The notes under the pieces are model-generated. The model worked only from the letters and a program-made list of their open reading frames with translations. It ran no database searches and was not told the DNA's origin. From Planctomycetota bacterium (lineage in GTDB: Bacteria > Planctomycetota > GCA-002687715 > DRQF01): a DNA stretch of 33,727 bases. Location of the stretch: the NCBI GenBank assembly GCA_027001995.1, contig JALTLO010000179.1:1-33727 (forward strand), read 5' to 3'. This document shows, piece by piece, positions 9,728 through 18,506 of the stretch. How positions within the stretch are numbered: position 1 is the first letter of the stretch; the number at the start of each line of letters is the position of its first letter. Both the position numbers and the translations under genes were made by a program.

Positions 9728-10317
9728 TTCTTGCCCCCCTTCTTGGCTGTTTTCTTGGGAGATTTCTTCACAAGCTCAAGAACTTTCGCTTGGAATTCAC
9801 TGAGGCTCACTTGAGTTGGTGACTTGTCACCCTTGGTGGCGAAGAAGTTGTTTGTGACATAGCGAAGCCCTTTGTCGAACAAAACAAGATCTTCATGGGT
9901 GGCGAAATTATGGACCACCCGGAATTTCCCTTGGATAGCGCCGTGGACGCGCTGCTGACCCAGAGTGTCTTTCTTGATGAAGAGCAAAACTCGCTCACCC
10001 TCACGAAATTTAGGCATGGATTCGACATGAAGTGTGATGTCACCGACCTTACCGCCCACTTCCGCTACGGTCATGGTTTTATCGCTGCTGCCCTTGAGGA
10101 CACGTTCGATAGTGAGGTCTGTGTAAGTAAAAATGACCCGAGTCCCTTTGGCGTAACGAGCGCTTTGATTACCAACCTTGGCAATCACAATAAGCTCGGC
10201 TTCCGCCGCAAGCTGGGAAAGGTCCTTCTTGATCAAGATCGTCGCGTCAGAAACCGCTGTTGACATGCACAGAAGTGCTAACAGGATTGACGGAACGAGA
10301 AACAAACGGGCTTTCAT
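9724..10317 (-). CDS. Exported hypothetical protein, possibly OB-fold/TIMP-like, coupled to the matrixin gene
   Basis: AAGGAGG SD before ATG 10317; signal peptide; DLSQLAAEAELIVIAKV...IFTYTDLTIERVLKG...GG.V...PKFREGERVLLFI; ATGA overlap with the matrixin start. Confidence 0.75.
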   Translation of the reverse strand: MKARLFLVPSILLALLCMSTAVSDATILIKKDLSQLAAEAELIVIAKVGNQSARYAKGTRVIFTYTDLTIERVLKGSSDKTMTVAEVGGKVGDITLHVESMPKFREGERVLLFIKKDTLGQQRVHGAIQGKFRVVHNFATHEDLVLFDKGLRYVTNNFFATKGDKSPTQVSLSEFQAKVLELVKKSPKKTAKKGGKK

Positions 10318-10573
10318 CGATGCCTCCTTCACAAAATAGTTGGCGCAGCCGTTCCTTCAAAGAATGGGCAGTGCTTTTCCTATCGTCTGAATCAAACATA
10401 CAATGGAATGTTATTCATCATAATCCTCTAAATTCTTGATGCTTATGCCTTTATGATATGAATACACAGATAAAAGATGGGTTGCGATGGCCTGCCAGAT
10501 GCCGAGGGAGGAATTTTATGTTGTTTGAGCCAAGGCCGTCGTTCTTTCTCTTTGGTCACGAAAAGGAAAGAAA

Positions 10574-11659
10574 ATGAATCCTCAAAACAGACGTCTCTTG
10601 GTCAGGCTCGGCCTCCTCCTGCTTATCGCCAGCCTTTGGTTGCTCTGGTCTGAATCGAGGGATGAACCAACTTTGGGCGTTACGCCTGATTCTGGGACTG
10701 AGCCCACCTTGGACACGGCAATGGATTCAGACATGGAATCGCCGGATTTGGGCAACGCCGATGGGAAGAAACGGGTTTCTGGTCAAGTCATCGATGCCCG
10801 AGGCCAGGGGGTCCCCGGGGCGACAGTTGAAGTACGCTTGGTGGCGGACGAGAAAGAAGCTCAAGATCCGAAACCTAGAGCGAAGGAATTCCCCCCCATC
10901 CACACCACCACCAGTGGCCAGGATGGTGCTTTTCAATTCCCTCCTCTTCCCATGGCTGACAACTTCTGGATCACGGCTGTGGGGCCGCAGAAACGACGAG
11001 CCGGCCAATTACGGTTGCCGGCATTCCGCGACTTGAGCCTCATCACGATTCCTGTTTACGAAGGCTTCACCTTGCGGGGCATCGTCGTTGATTCCAACAA
11101 GAAACCCTTGGCCAACCTTTCGGTAGGAGTCGCCGATGTCAAACTTTGGGATCCGAAAAGACCCAGAGATTTGGCCAACGGCAGCATGCAAACCATCACT
11201 GACAAAGATGGCAAATTCGTCATCCATGGGCTACAGGTTGGCTCTGTTTTCCTTCGCATCCAAGGAGAAGATTGGATCAACAAGTCTTCTATTCCCATCT
11301 CTATTGAGGCCGGCTCCCAATCTCCCTTGGTGATCGAAGCGACGAAATCTCTGGCCATCGAAGGCATCGTCTTGAACGGCGATCGCATGCCGATCCCTGG
11401 AGCACAGGTTTTGATCAAGCCAGAAAATGGTGGTTGGCGAAAGAATCGTTATGGTGGAATGACGACCACGGCAAAAGACGGCCGATTCCGTGTGGGCGGC
11501 TTGTCCAATGGAAACTACTCCATCTATGTGCAAGGTCGAACGAACTTCCCGACGGACAAGCAAAAACGGAAAAGCCCCTACCTGGCCAAAAGCCAGCGCT
11601 TCGTCAAAAAAGGTGTCAATCCCGGGGCCGGTCTCATAGAGATCGTCCTCGATAATTAA
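10574..11659 (+). CDS. Membrane-anchored carboxypeptidase-regulatory-like domain protein
   Basis: N-terminal TM helix; three modules (VSGQVIDARGQGVPGATV, LRGIVVDSNKKPLANLSV...TDKDGKF, IEGIVLNGDRMPIPGAQV...TAKDGRFRVGGLSNGNY); AGGA SD. Confidence 0.8.
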   Translation: MNPQNRRLLVRLGLLLLIASLWLLWSESRDEPTLGVTPDSGTEPTLDTAMDSDMESPDLGNADGKKRVSGQVIDARGQGVPGATVEVRLVADEKEAQDPKPRAKEFPPIHTTTSGQDGAFQFPPLPMADNFWITAVGPQKRRAGQLRLPAFRDLSLITIPVYEGFTLRGIVVDSNKKPLANLSVGVADVKLWDPKRPRDLANGSMQTITDKDGKFVIHGLQVGSVFLRIQGEDWINKSSIPISIEAGSQSPLVIEATKSLAIEGIVLNGDRMPIPGAQVLIKPENGGWRKNRYGGMTTTAKDGRFRVGGLSNGNYSIYVQGRTNFPTDKQKRKSPYLAKSQRFVKKGVNPGAGLIEIVLDN

Positions 11660-13749
11660 GGGTCGTTACCAGCTCTTTCCTTGGCGCAATCACCCACCCA
11701 AAGACTGGCGAGAAATAGACGTTCATCGTTCATTTCCACCAATGGCAAAAAGGCATCTTCAATGAGAGGTACCTTGGACTTAGGGCACAAGATGACCGGA
11801 TGAGCCTGTTGGCGCTGATACACGGTCTCGCGCAAAACTTGGTTATTCTTGAATCGCTCAATTTCGAACCATCCGAATCGTCCTCGGCGAATGTGTTTTC
11901 GCATTGACAAAGCCAATCGCCCCATGGTCCATCTGGGATTCACTTCGACGATTGGTCGCAAACGAAGATTCCCGCTCAAATCCCGATGAAACATCATGTC
12001 GACGCCAACAGGACCACGGTGACCATAAAACTCCAGAGCTCGCCCCACGTGGTCTCGAGTTTCCCTCAATACCCCTTCAAACGCCGATCTCCCCATGATC
12101 TCATTCAACCATCTCTGAATTTCAACGGCCAAGGCCGGTTCAGCATGACTTACGACAGCCCCCAAGAATTGGCCACGGCGGTCTGTCTGAAAGGCCACCA
12201 AGTCAGGCTTGGAAAGTCCTTTGTGATGAACATCAAAATGCAATGAAACGTCCGCGACCTTCTCCAACCACGGTTCAATGACAACAGATTTGTGGTCACG
12301 CCATGCCTTTTGAAGCCAAGCCCTCCCGTGGTCATTCAGATCTTCATTGAGAAGCCGCAACATGTTGCGCCCGGACGAACCCAAGTCCGCTTTCAGAACA
12401 ATGGAGTCATAACCGAAGAGTTTCAGCTCACGTATCATAGATTCTGCTTCAGCCAAGGAATGAGCCACCCGACCGATGGTCTCCACACTCGAAAGCAACT
12501 CAGTAGGACCAGGAAGCATGCTTTTGCCAGCGAGAGTCATGGCCAATTGGGCCGCAAAACTCTTTCGATGAATACGGTTTCGATTGACACAAGGGTCGAA
12601 AGGTCGGGAATTAGAAGAAAAAACATGCCCCAAAGATGCGACCCTGTCTCGGACAACGAGGCTATGCCCCCAAGGTTTGATTCCCGCCAAGGGCAATCGC
12701 CGCCCTTTCAAGTCAGCAAGAGTTCGACAGCCAGGCCATGAAAATCCTGCGTCACCCATGAAGGTCAGGAACTCTATGGACGGAGGCCTCTTCACTAAGA
12801 CCAAGTCATCCTCTGTCGCCAAGATCGCTGGCAAAGTTTCCAGATCGTCAACGAGTTTCTTGATCTGATCATTGGGTTGTTTGTGAGGGGCCAAGAGCTC
12901 CCCTTCGCAATCGGGGTTAAAGACGAATAAGTGAGGCATCCGGCCCCGGCTTTCAGAGAAGGCATCGATCTGCCGAGCGAAACTCATGGGTAATCCGGCC
13001 TGAATCCGCGGTGCCAAGCAGAAGACATTTCCTTTGGCATGACGGGGAGTCAGTGGTCCTTTGAGAAGGGCTCGATACTCTTCGAAGGCCGTTCGCTCAT
13101 GGGAGCGCATCTTGTCAAAAAGATGCCAACCGTTGGAAACATGACCGATTTCATCGAGGTAGACCGCATCCAGAATATCCCGCGTGGTCTTATCGCCGAT
13201 TTCTTCCATGTCAGCACGATATTTGAGGCAAAAGTCGAGATTCGCCTGCTCAAAAGTCAGGCTCATTCCTGCCAAGAATTCCATGGGCGATTGAACGTCA
13301 TGAAGGCAATCCCAAAAGAATCGCCCCACCGGCATGTCTCCAAACCCCACCCCCAATTGGGCCATTCGCTCCAGATAGAACGTGAGATGACGCTGCTCAT
13401 CGCCCATGGTGGCAACAATCAACCTGCGGAATTCAGGGGAAGCATCGGGGAATCGCAATAAGACAAGAGCCATAAGCTCAAGGGCCAAGAGTTCATGGTT
13501 GGCGAAGAAGTGCATGACACGGCCACGCCCTTCCTCTGCTTCCATTTCTTTTCGTGATGGGAAAGCTGACTCGCGCTTGCGCCCTTCGCCCGCACAAACG
13601 AAAGCCACTTCCGGGGGTCTTCCTGGAAGTGACGGTGAAACAAACGACTGCCCGGTCTTTCCCTCATCACTGAGAGAAACCGGGCTCATCAGCTTACTCT
13701 CCAAGGTCGTGCCAAAGAGAATCGTCTCGGCGAATTCATGGACATTCAT
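11656..13749 (-). CDS. DUF455 ferritin-like (diiron) domain fused to an ATP-grasp-type domain
   Basis: N-terminal HFFANHELLALE, DEQRH, FEQANLD, DEIGHV (two ExxH motifs). C-terminal VLKADLGSSGRN, VVIEPWLEK, GPVGVDMM, IVEVNPRWTMG. ATG 13749 avoids overlap with the upstream pilin gene. Confidence 0.8.
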   Translation of the reverse strand: MNVHEFAETILFGTTLESKLMSPVSLSDEGKTGQSFVSPSLPGRPPEVAFVCAGEGRKRESAFPSRKEMEAEEGRGRVMHFFANHELLALELMALVLLRFPDASPEFRRLIVATMGDEQRHLTFYLERMAQLGVGFGDMPVGRFFWDCLHDVQSPMEFLAGMSLTFEQANLDFCLKYRADMEEIGDKTTRDILDAVYLDEIGHVSNGWHLFDKMRSHERTAFEEYRALLKGPLTPRHAKGNVFCLAPRIQAGLPMSFARQIDAFSESRGRMPHLFVFNPDCEGELLAPHKQPNDQIKKLVDDLETLPAILATEDDLVLVKRPPSIEFLTFMGDAGFSWPGCRTLADLKGRRLPLAGIKPWGHSLVVRDRVASLGHVFSSNSRPFDPCVNRNRIHRKSFAAQLAMTLAGKSMLPGPTELLSSVETIGRVAHSLAEAESMIRELKLFGYDSIVLKADLGSSGRNMLRLLNEDLNDHGRAWLQKAWRDHKSVVIEPWLEKVADVSLHFDVHHKGLSKPDLVAFQTDRRGQFLGAVVSHAEPALAVEIQRWLNEIMGRSAFEGVLRETRDHVGRALEFYGHRGPVGVDMMFHRDLSGNLRLRPIVEVNPRWTMGRLALSMRKHIRRGRFGWFEIERFKNNQVLRETVYQRQQAHPVILCPKSKVPLIEDAFLPLVEMNDERLFLASLWVGDCAKERAGNDP

Positions 13750-13766
13750 GGAGTCATTGTACGAGA

Positions 13767-14348
13767 CTATCCGTTGTGGAGCATATAAATCATCAAAGTT
13801 CCACCACGAGAACTTTTCCACTGGACCCGGCCATAACGTTTCCAGTCTCCAGAGATACCGTCATCCATAGCCGCATCAACAGCTTCCGCCACTTTTTGAG
13901 GCACCTTATCAAAGGCAATGAAGTTGCCATTGCCGTTGCGTCGAGAGGCACTGGGCCCTGTCAAACGAAACTCATTGCCATAGAGCTTGTGGGTGCCACC
14001 ATTAAAGTGAGGATAGATGATAACACTGCCCCCGAAGGGGTTATCTCCACGTCCAAGGGGTCGATCCATGTAAGGACCTTTCCATCCTTTAATGGTCTGC
14101 TTTTCAGACAAGCGATGCCAACTGGTGCTTTGGCTGTTGGAATGCTCACGTCCGTAATTGGATGTGTCCAAATAGTAGCGCGCACAAGACGACTTCGCCG
14201 CTTCCGTGGTTGCCAGAATCTTGGCTACTTTGGCGTCATCCTGAAGTGTGCCGATTGCGGGAACCGCAATGCCAACCAAGAGTGTCATGATCACTATGGT
14301 CACAACGAGTTCTATGAGAGTAAAGCCATCTTGCTTCAAAGTCTTCAT
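13767..14348 (-). CDS. Prepilin/pseudopilin (class III signal peptide, GspG-like)
   Basis: MKTLKQDG|FTLIELVVTIVIMTLLVGIAVP with Glu5; GWKGPYM and DNPFGG resemble GspG WxGPY and DPWG. Confidence 0.88.
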   Translation of the reverse strand: MKTLKQDGFTLIELVVTIVIMTLLVGIAVPAIGTLQDDAKVAKILATTEAAKSSCARYYLDTSNYGREHSNSQSTSWHRLSEKQTIKGWKGPYMDRPLGRGDNPFGGSVIIYPHFNGGTHKLYGNEFRLTGPSASRRNGNGNFIAFDKVPQKVAEAVDAAMDDGISGDWKRYGRVQWKSSRGGTLMIYMLHNG

Positions 14349-14502
14349 GGTCAGAAACATCCTATTACCGATGAGGGGGTTTAGTGGCGTCACTTTCTAT
14401 CGCCACTGCCTTATTATTTGCTATTGGCGTTATCGGGCGGGCAGACCAAGAAAGCTGAGAACTTCAGGGAAACTTTGCTTTAGACACAAAAAATCACCGA
14501 AG

Positions 14503-14522
14503 TGAGACAAAAAAATGTCTCA
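14503..14522. promoter_or_regulatory. Candidate transcription factor operator in the divergent pilin/ATPase intergenic region
   Basis: Perfect inverted repeat TGAGACA-AAAAAA-TGTCTCA. Confidence 0.4.
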
Positions 14523-14769
14523 GTGCGAGATAGCACGGCATCTTTATGCACGTTCTTTGGCTAAATTCCTCAAGAACCCCCGGTTGCTCACCACATTTTT
14601 TCCAGCCATCCTCCTTCCTCAACAAAAAATTCCTCCTCTGTTAACAATCAAATGAAAGTCAAGAGCCTTGGCCGCGCGATAGAAGAAGGAAGACCACAGG
14701 TAATAAGCAGCCCAGCACCCATGATGATTTAGCTCGAAACGAATGCGCGAGAGCGTCTGGAACCAAACA

Positions 14770-16455
14770 ATGACCGAACAACAACCCCCCGTTGACAATC
14801 GGCGCTTTGCCTTTTTGGGCGAGCTCCTCGTAGAGCAAGGCGTCATTGAACAGGAGCAATTAGACGTTGCCATTCAAGAGCAGAAACGTCGGCGAGAGGT
14901 CTTAGGCAAGATCCTCATTGACTCGGGTTTCTGCACAGAAAATGACATCGCTTCGACCTTAGCAGGGCAACTTAGCCTCGAATTCGTTTCCATCGATGAA
15001 CAAGATGTTGATCGCATTTGCGGGAAAACCCTAGGAGATGAATTCTTGCGGCAGCACCTTGTCCTGCCGCTAAAGTCCAAGAGCGATCTTGTTCGTTTGG
15101 CCGTGGTTGATCCTTTCGACGTCGAAACAAGCACCGTCGTTGAAACCCGCCTCGGACGTCCCGTTGAAGTCCTTGTAGCCACTCAAAGTGACATCCTGAA
15201 CGGCATCGACAGCATCTTGGACGACACCTCCCATGTAGACGAGATGCTCAAAGGAATCGACGGTTCCCAGGGCAGAACAGATAACATTCTGGACAAGGTC
15301 TCAGCAGAGGAACTGGTGGAAAAAATCGCCAGGGAGGCCGGGCGCAAGGGTGCAACCGACATCCACTTGGAGCCCGAAACCCATGTCATGCGCGTGCGTT
15401 ATCGTCTTGATGGTGTGCTCATCGATGGACCCATGATCAACTTGGAATTGGCCCCAGCCGTCATCGCCAGAATCAAGGTAATGAGCAACCTAAACTTGTC
15501 AGAACACCGGCTTCCTCAGGACGGCAGGGCACGTATTCATTTGGATGGGTCACCCATGGATTGGCGAGTTTCCGTCTTGCCCACAGTACTTGGGGAAAAC
15601 GTCGTGATTCGCGTCTTAGATGGCAAGACGGTGATGATGGACCCCAGAGAATTAGGGTTGGCAGAGCAAAACCATACTTGGCTCATGGAGTTATCTCAGC
15701 GTCCCCACGGGATTCTTTTGGTTACCGGCCCTACTGGTTCAGGAAAGTCAACCACCCTCTATTCACTCCTCAGAACCATCGACGGTCTCCGTAAGAAAAT
15801 CATCACCGTAGAAGACCCGGTGGAGTATCGCATCCCTTTGGTTCGTCAGGTCCAAACTCACAGCGAAATCGGGCTAACCTTCGCAACCGCCTTGCGTTCT
15901 ATTTTGAGACAAGACCCGGATGTAGTGCTCATCGGCGAAATTCGTGACCGAGAAACAGCAGAAATTGCCGTCCGGGCCGCCCTGACAGGCCATCTCGTTT
16001 TCAGTACTTTGCACACCAACAGCGCTTTGGGTGCCATCCCTCGTTTGATTGATATGGGCATCGATCCATTCCTCCTCAAATCGAGCCTCATCGGTGTTTT
16101 AGCCCAGCGCCTCATTCGCCGAGTTTGCAAGCACTGCCATACCGAATACACCGCCACCACAGACGAACTTGCTCAACTTTCAGAGAATGTTGTGCCCAAC
16201 GATCTCATCCTGAAACGGGCCCTAGGATGCTCCAAATGCCGTGGTACCGGCTATTCTGGCAGAAGCGGCATTCACGAACTCCTGGTCGTGGATGATCGTC
16301 TGAAGGCCTGCAGCTTTGGTGGCGATGCACCGGAGGCGCTTGCGAAAGCGGCGGCTCTCGGTGGATTCCGAACCCTCAGAGACGATGGCCTCGACCGAGC
16401 TATCTTGGGAGAAACCACCCTAGAAGAAATCACCCGCGTCACCGGCTCCCGATAG
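14770..16455 (+). CDS. GspE/PilB-family assembly ATPase
   Basis: MshEN-like N-terminus; ATDIHLEP; RLPQDGR; Walker A GPTGSGKS; TVEDPVE; LRQDPDVVLIGEIRD; TGHLVFSTLHTN; tetracysteine CKHC...CSKC. Confidence 0.95.
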   Translation: MTEQQPPVDNRRFAFLGELLVEQGVIEQEQLDVAIQEQKRRREVLGKILIDSGFCTENDIASTLAGQLSLEFVSIDEQDVDRICGKTLGDEFLRQHLVLPLKSKSDLVRLAVVDPFDVETSTVVETRLGRPVEVLVATQSDILNGIDSILDDTSHVDEMLKGIDGSQGRTDNILDKVSAEELVEKIAREAGRKGATDIHLEPETHVMRVRYRLDGVLIDGPMINLELAPAVIARIKVMSNLNLSEHRLPQDGRARIHLDGSPMDWRVSVLPTVLGENVVIRVLDGKTVMMDPRELGLAEQNHTWLMELSQRPHGILLVTGPTGSGKSTTLYSLLRTIDGLRKKIITVEDPVEYRIPLVRQVQTHSEIGLTFATALRSILRQDPDVVLIGEIRDRETAEIAVRAALTGHLVFSTLHTNSALGAIPRLIDMGIDPFLLKSSLIGVLAQRLIRRVCKHCHTEYTATTDELAQLSENVVPNDLILKRALGCSKCRGTGYSGRSGIHELLVVDDRLKACSFGGDAPEALAKAAALGGFRTLRDDGLDRAILGETTLEEITRVTGSR

Positions 16456-16599
16456 GCCACTGTTGCATTTTCCACCAGCCCAAAATCCAGACTTCTCCTT
16501 TGATTGACTAATTTCCCACAATCTTCCCCAAGTGATCCTGGGTGAAAATCCGATCCTAAGAGAGAAGGTTACGGAAATCATTGGAAGGAGATCAAATCG

Positions 16600-17805
16600 G
16601 TGGCGGAATGGGTCTATAAAGCAATTGGCCAGGACGGTGCTCTTATTAGGGGTATTGAACGAGCCACGGATGAAACCCAATTAGAGGATCTCCTTCACCA
16701 GCAAGGAGCCTTCCTGCTCGAATCGAAGTCCAAAACTGCTGTCACGGCTACGATTTCCAACAGGCAACAAGTTCCCGCCCGTTCCTTAGTCGAGTTTTCC
16801 AACCAGTTAGCCATGCTCTTTCAATCTGGGGTACCCCTGGTCGAAGGATTAGGTGACATGGTCGACGAAATGGATGACCTCGTTCTTAAGCCAGTCTTGG
16901 CCGATGTTCATGCCCGCATCAGCCAGGGCGAAACCCTCTCGAGTTCCTTAGCCCGCTATCCCAAGATCTTCACCGATGACTACGTCCAAATCGTTATCTC
17001 AGGGGAGGAATCTGGAGAATTGGCCGGGTCCCTGGAGAGACTCGCTGAGAGCATTGAGTGGCGTTTGGAAACAGCGCGACGATTCAAGAGCGCATTTGCC
17101 TACCCTGCTGTCTTACTCACGGCGGTCACAGGTTTGATGATTCTCATTGTAACTTGGCTGGTGCCACGACTCAGTCAAATATTCATCGATGCAGGTGTCG
17201 AACTCCCCGCGATGACCAGAGCAACATTGACAGTTGCTGACTTCCTCAAAGGGAACACCACTCCCATTGTTGGTGGTGCCCTTTTGTTCATTGCCACCAT
17301 CGTGATTATGAGAAGGACCAAAAAAGGTCGCTATGCCCTCCATGGGTTATTGCTGAAGGCACCCCTAGCTGGGCCCTTAGCATTGATGATGGAAACTGCC
17401 AGCTTCAGCAACATCATGGGGCTCTTACTCAATTCCGGCGTTCCCATCGTGCGATCCTTGGAGATCACGACCCAAGCCACCCGCAACATGGTGATGAGAG
17501 AGCGGGTCCGAACAATCCACAGGGATATTCTCCGTGGCAAACCGTTCTCGGAAGCCCTCCGGGGAGTGGGAGGGTTCCCCTCGCTGGTCTTGCGCATGGT
17601 CTCCATTGGCGAGCAAACCGGCTCTCTCGTCGATTCCTTGGATCGGGTGACAACCTACTACGACAAGGAAGTACCCAGGCGTGTCAAGAAATTCTTGGGC
17701 ATCTTGGAACCGGCCATCACCGTGGCCATGGGTGTGGGTGTTTGTTTCGCCGTCTTCTCAGCATTCCTTCCGATGACCAAACTCTTAGGAGCACTCAAAG
17801 GATGA
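16600..17805 (+). CDS. GspF/PilC-family inner-membrane platform protein
   Basis: FSNQLAMLFQSGVPL, GEESGEL, AFAYP, LLNSGVPI, IGEQTGSL, LEP; three TM segments; GGAG SD before the GTG start. Confidence 0.95.
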   Translation: MAEWVYKAIGQDGALIRGIERATDETQLEDLLHQQGAFLLESKSKTAVTATISNRQQVPARSLVEFSNQLAMLFQSGVPLVEGLGDMVDEMDDLVLKPVLADVHARISQGETLSSSLARYPKIFTDDYVQIVISGEESGELAGSLERLAESIEWRLETARRFKSAFAYPAVLLTAVTGLMILIVTWLVPRLSQIFIDAGVELPAMTRATLTVADFLKGNTTPIVGGALLFIATIVIMRRTKKGRYALHGLLLKAPLAGPLALMMETASFSNIMGLLLNSGVPIVRSLEITTQATRNMVMRERVRTIHRDILRGKPFSEALRGVGGFPSLVLRMVSIGEQTGSLVDSLDRVTTYYDKEVPRRVKKFLGILEPAITVAMGVGVCFAVFSAFLPMTKLLGALKG

Positions 17806-18506
17806 CCCCCCTCAAACAAAACGGTTTCACTCTTATCGAGATGGTGATTGTAGTTGCCATCATGACTCTCCTCATTGGCATTGCTGCCCCTTCTCTATCT
17901 GGGCTGATGAACTCGGAGAAGGACAGCGCCGCCGAGTCGGAGTTAGAGGCTCTGGCACAAGCCACCCTGACTTTCACCGAGGACACCAAGAAACGGCCAA
18001 GAAACTTAGACTCTCTCTACGATTCCAACGTCCCCGGCTTTGGCGGGCCCTATATCGATGACTTAATCGGGGGGCGTGATGTCAACGGCCAAGGGTACCG
18101 TTACGACCCTTGGAAGAAGAAGTACCGCATGAAAACTGTGGGTAGAACAAAGATCATCTTCACCAGCGCTGGCCAAGACGGAAGATTCGGGACCGCAGAT
18201 GATATCAGCCGTGAAGTAGACGTAAGGCCAGTCTTGAGGCGCATCTCCCTGGAGAATCTGGCTATCCTCAATCTTGCTGTCTCTTCCTACAACCAAACGA
18301 ACCTCAAAACGGCTCCCCTGTCTCAATCAGTTAGCACCGCTCAATCAACCTTGGTCAATGGGGGCTATTTGCCAAGGGGTGTGGACTTCAGCAAAGATGC
18401 CTTTGGTGACCGTTATGTTTCCAGTGGCTCCCCTGTGGTCCAGTTCTCCTCAAGGAACTTTGGCACGCCTGGATCGGGTTCCAATAGCAGTGGAGCTGGA
18501 CGATGA
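17802..18506 (+). CDS. GspG-like pseudopilin with an extended C-terminus
   Basis: MTPLKQNG|FTLIEMVIVVAIM; GPYI; DPWKKKY; SAGQDGRFGTADDI (GspG C-terminal loop); ATGA overlap with the upstream gene. Confidence 0.9.
   Translation: MTPLKQNGFTLIEMVIVVAIMTLLIGIAAPSLSGLMNSEKDSAAESELEALAQATLTFTEDTKKRPRNLDSLYDSNVPGFGGPYIDDLIGGRDVNGQGYRYDPWKKKYRMKTVGRTKIIFTSAGQDGRFGTADDISREVDVRPVLRRISLENLAILNLAVSSYNQTNLKTAPLSQSVSTAQSTLVNGGYLPRGVDFSKDAFGDRYVSSGSPVVQFSSRNFGTPGSGSNSSGAGR

Noticed and set aside
10333..10573. AT-rich stretch as foreign DNA or ncRNA
   Set aside because: Ordinary divergent promoter region, with no convincing structure or mobile element ends.
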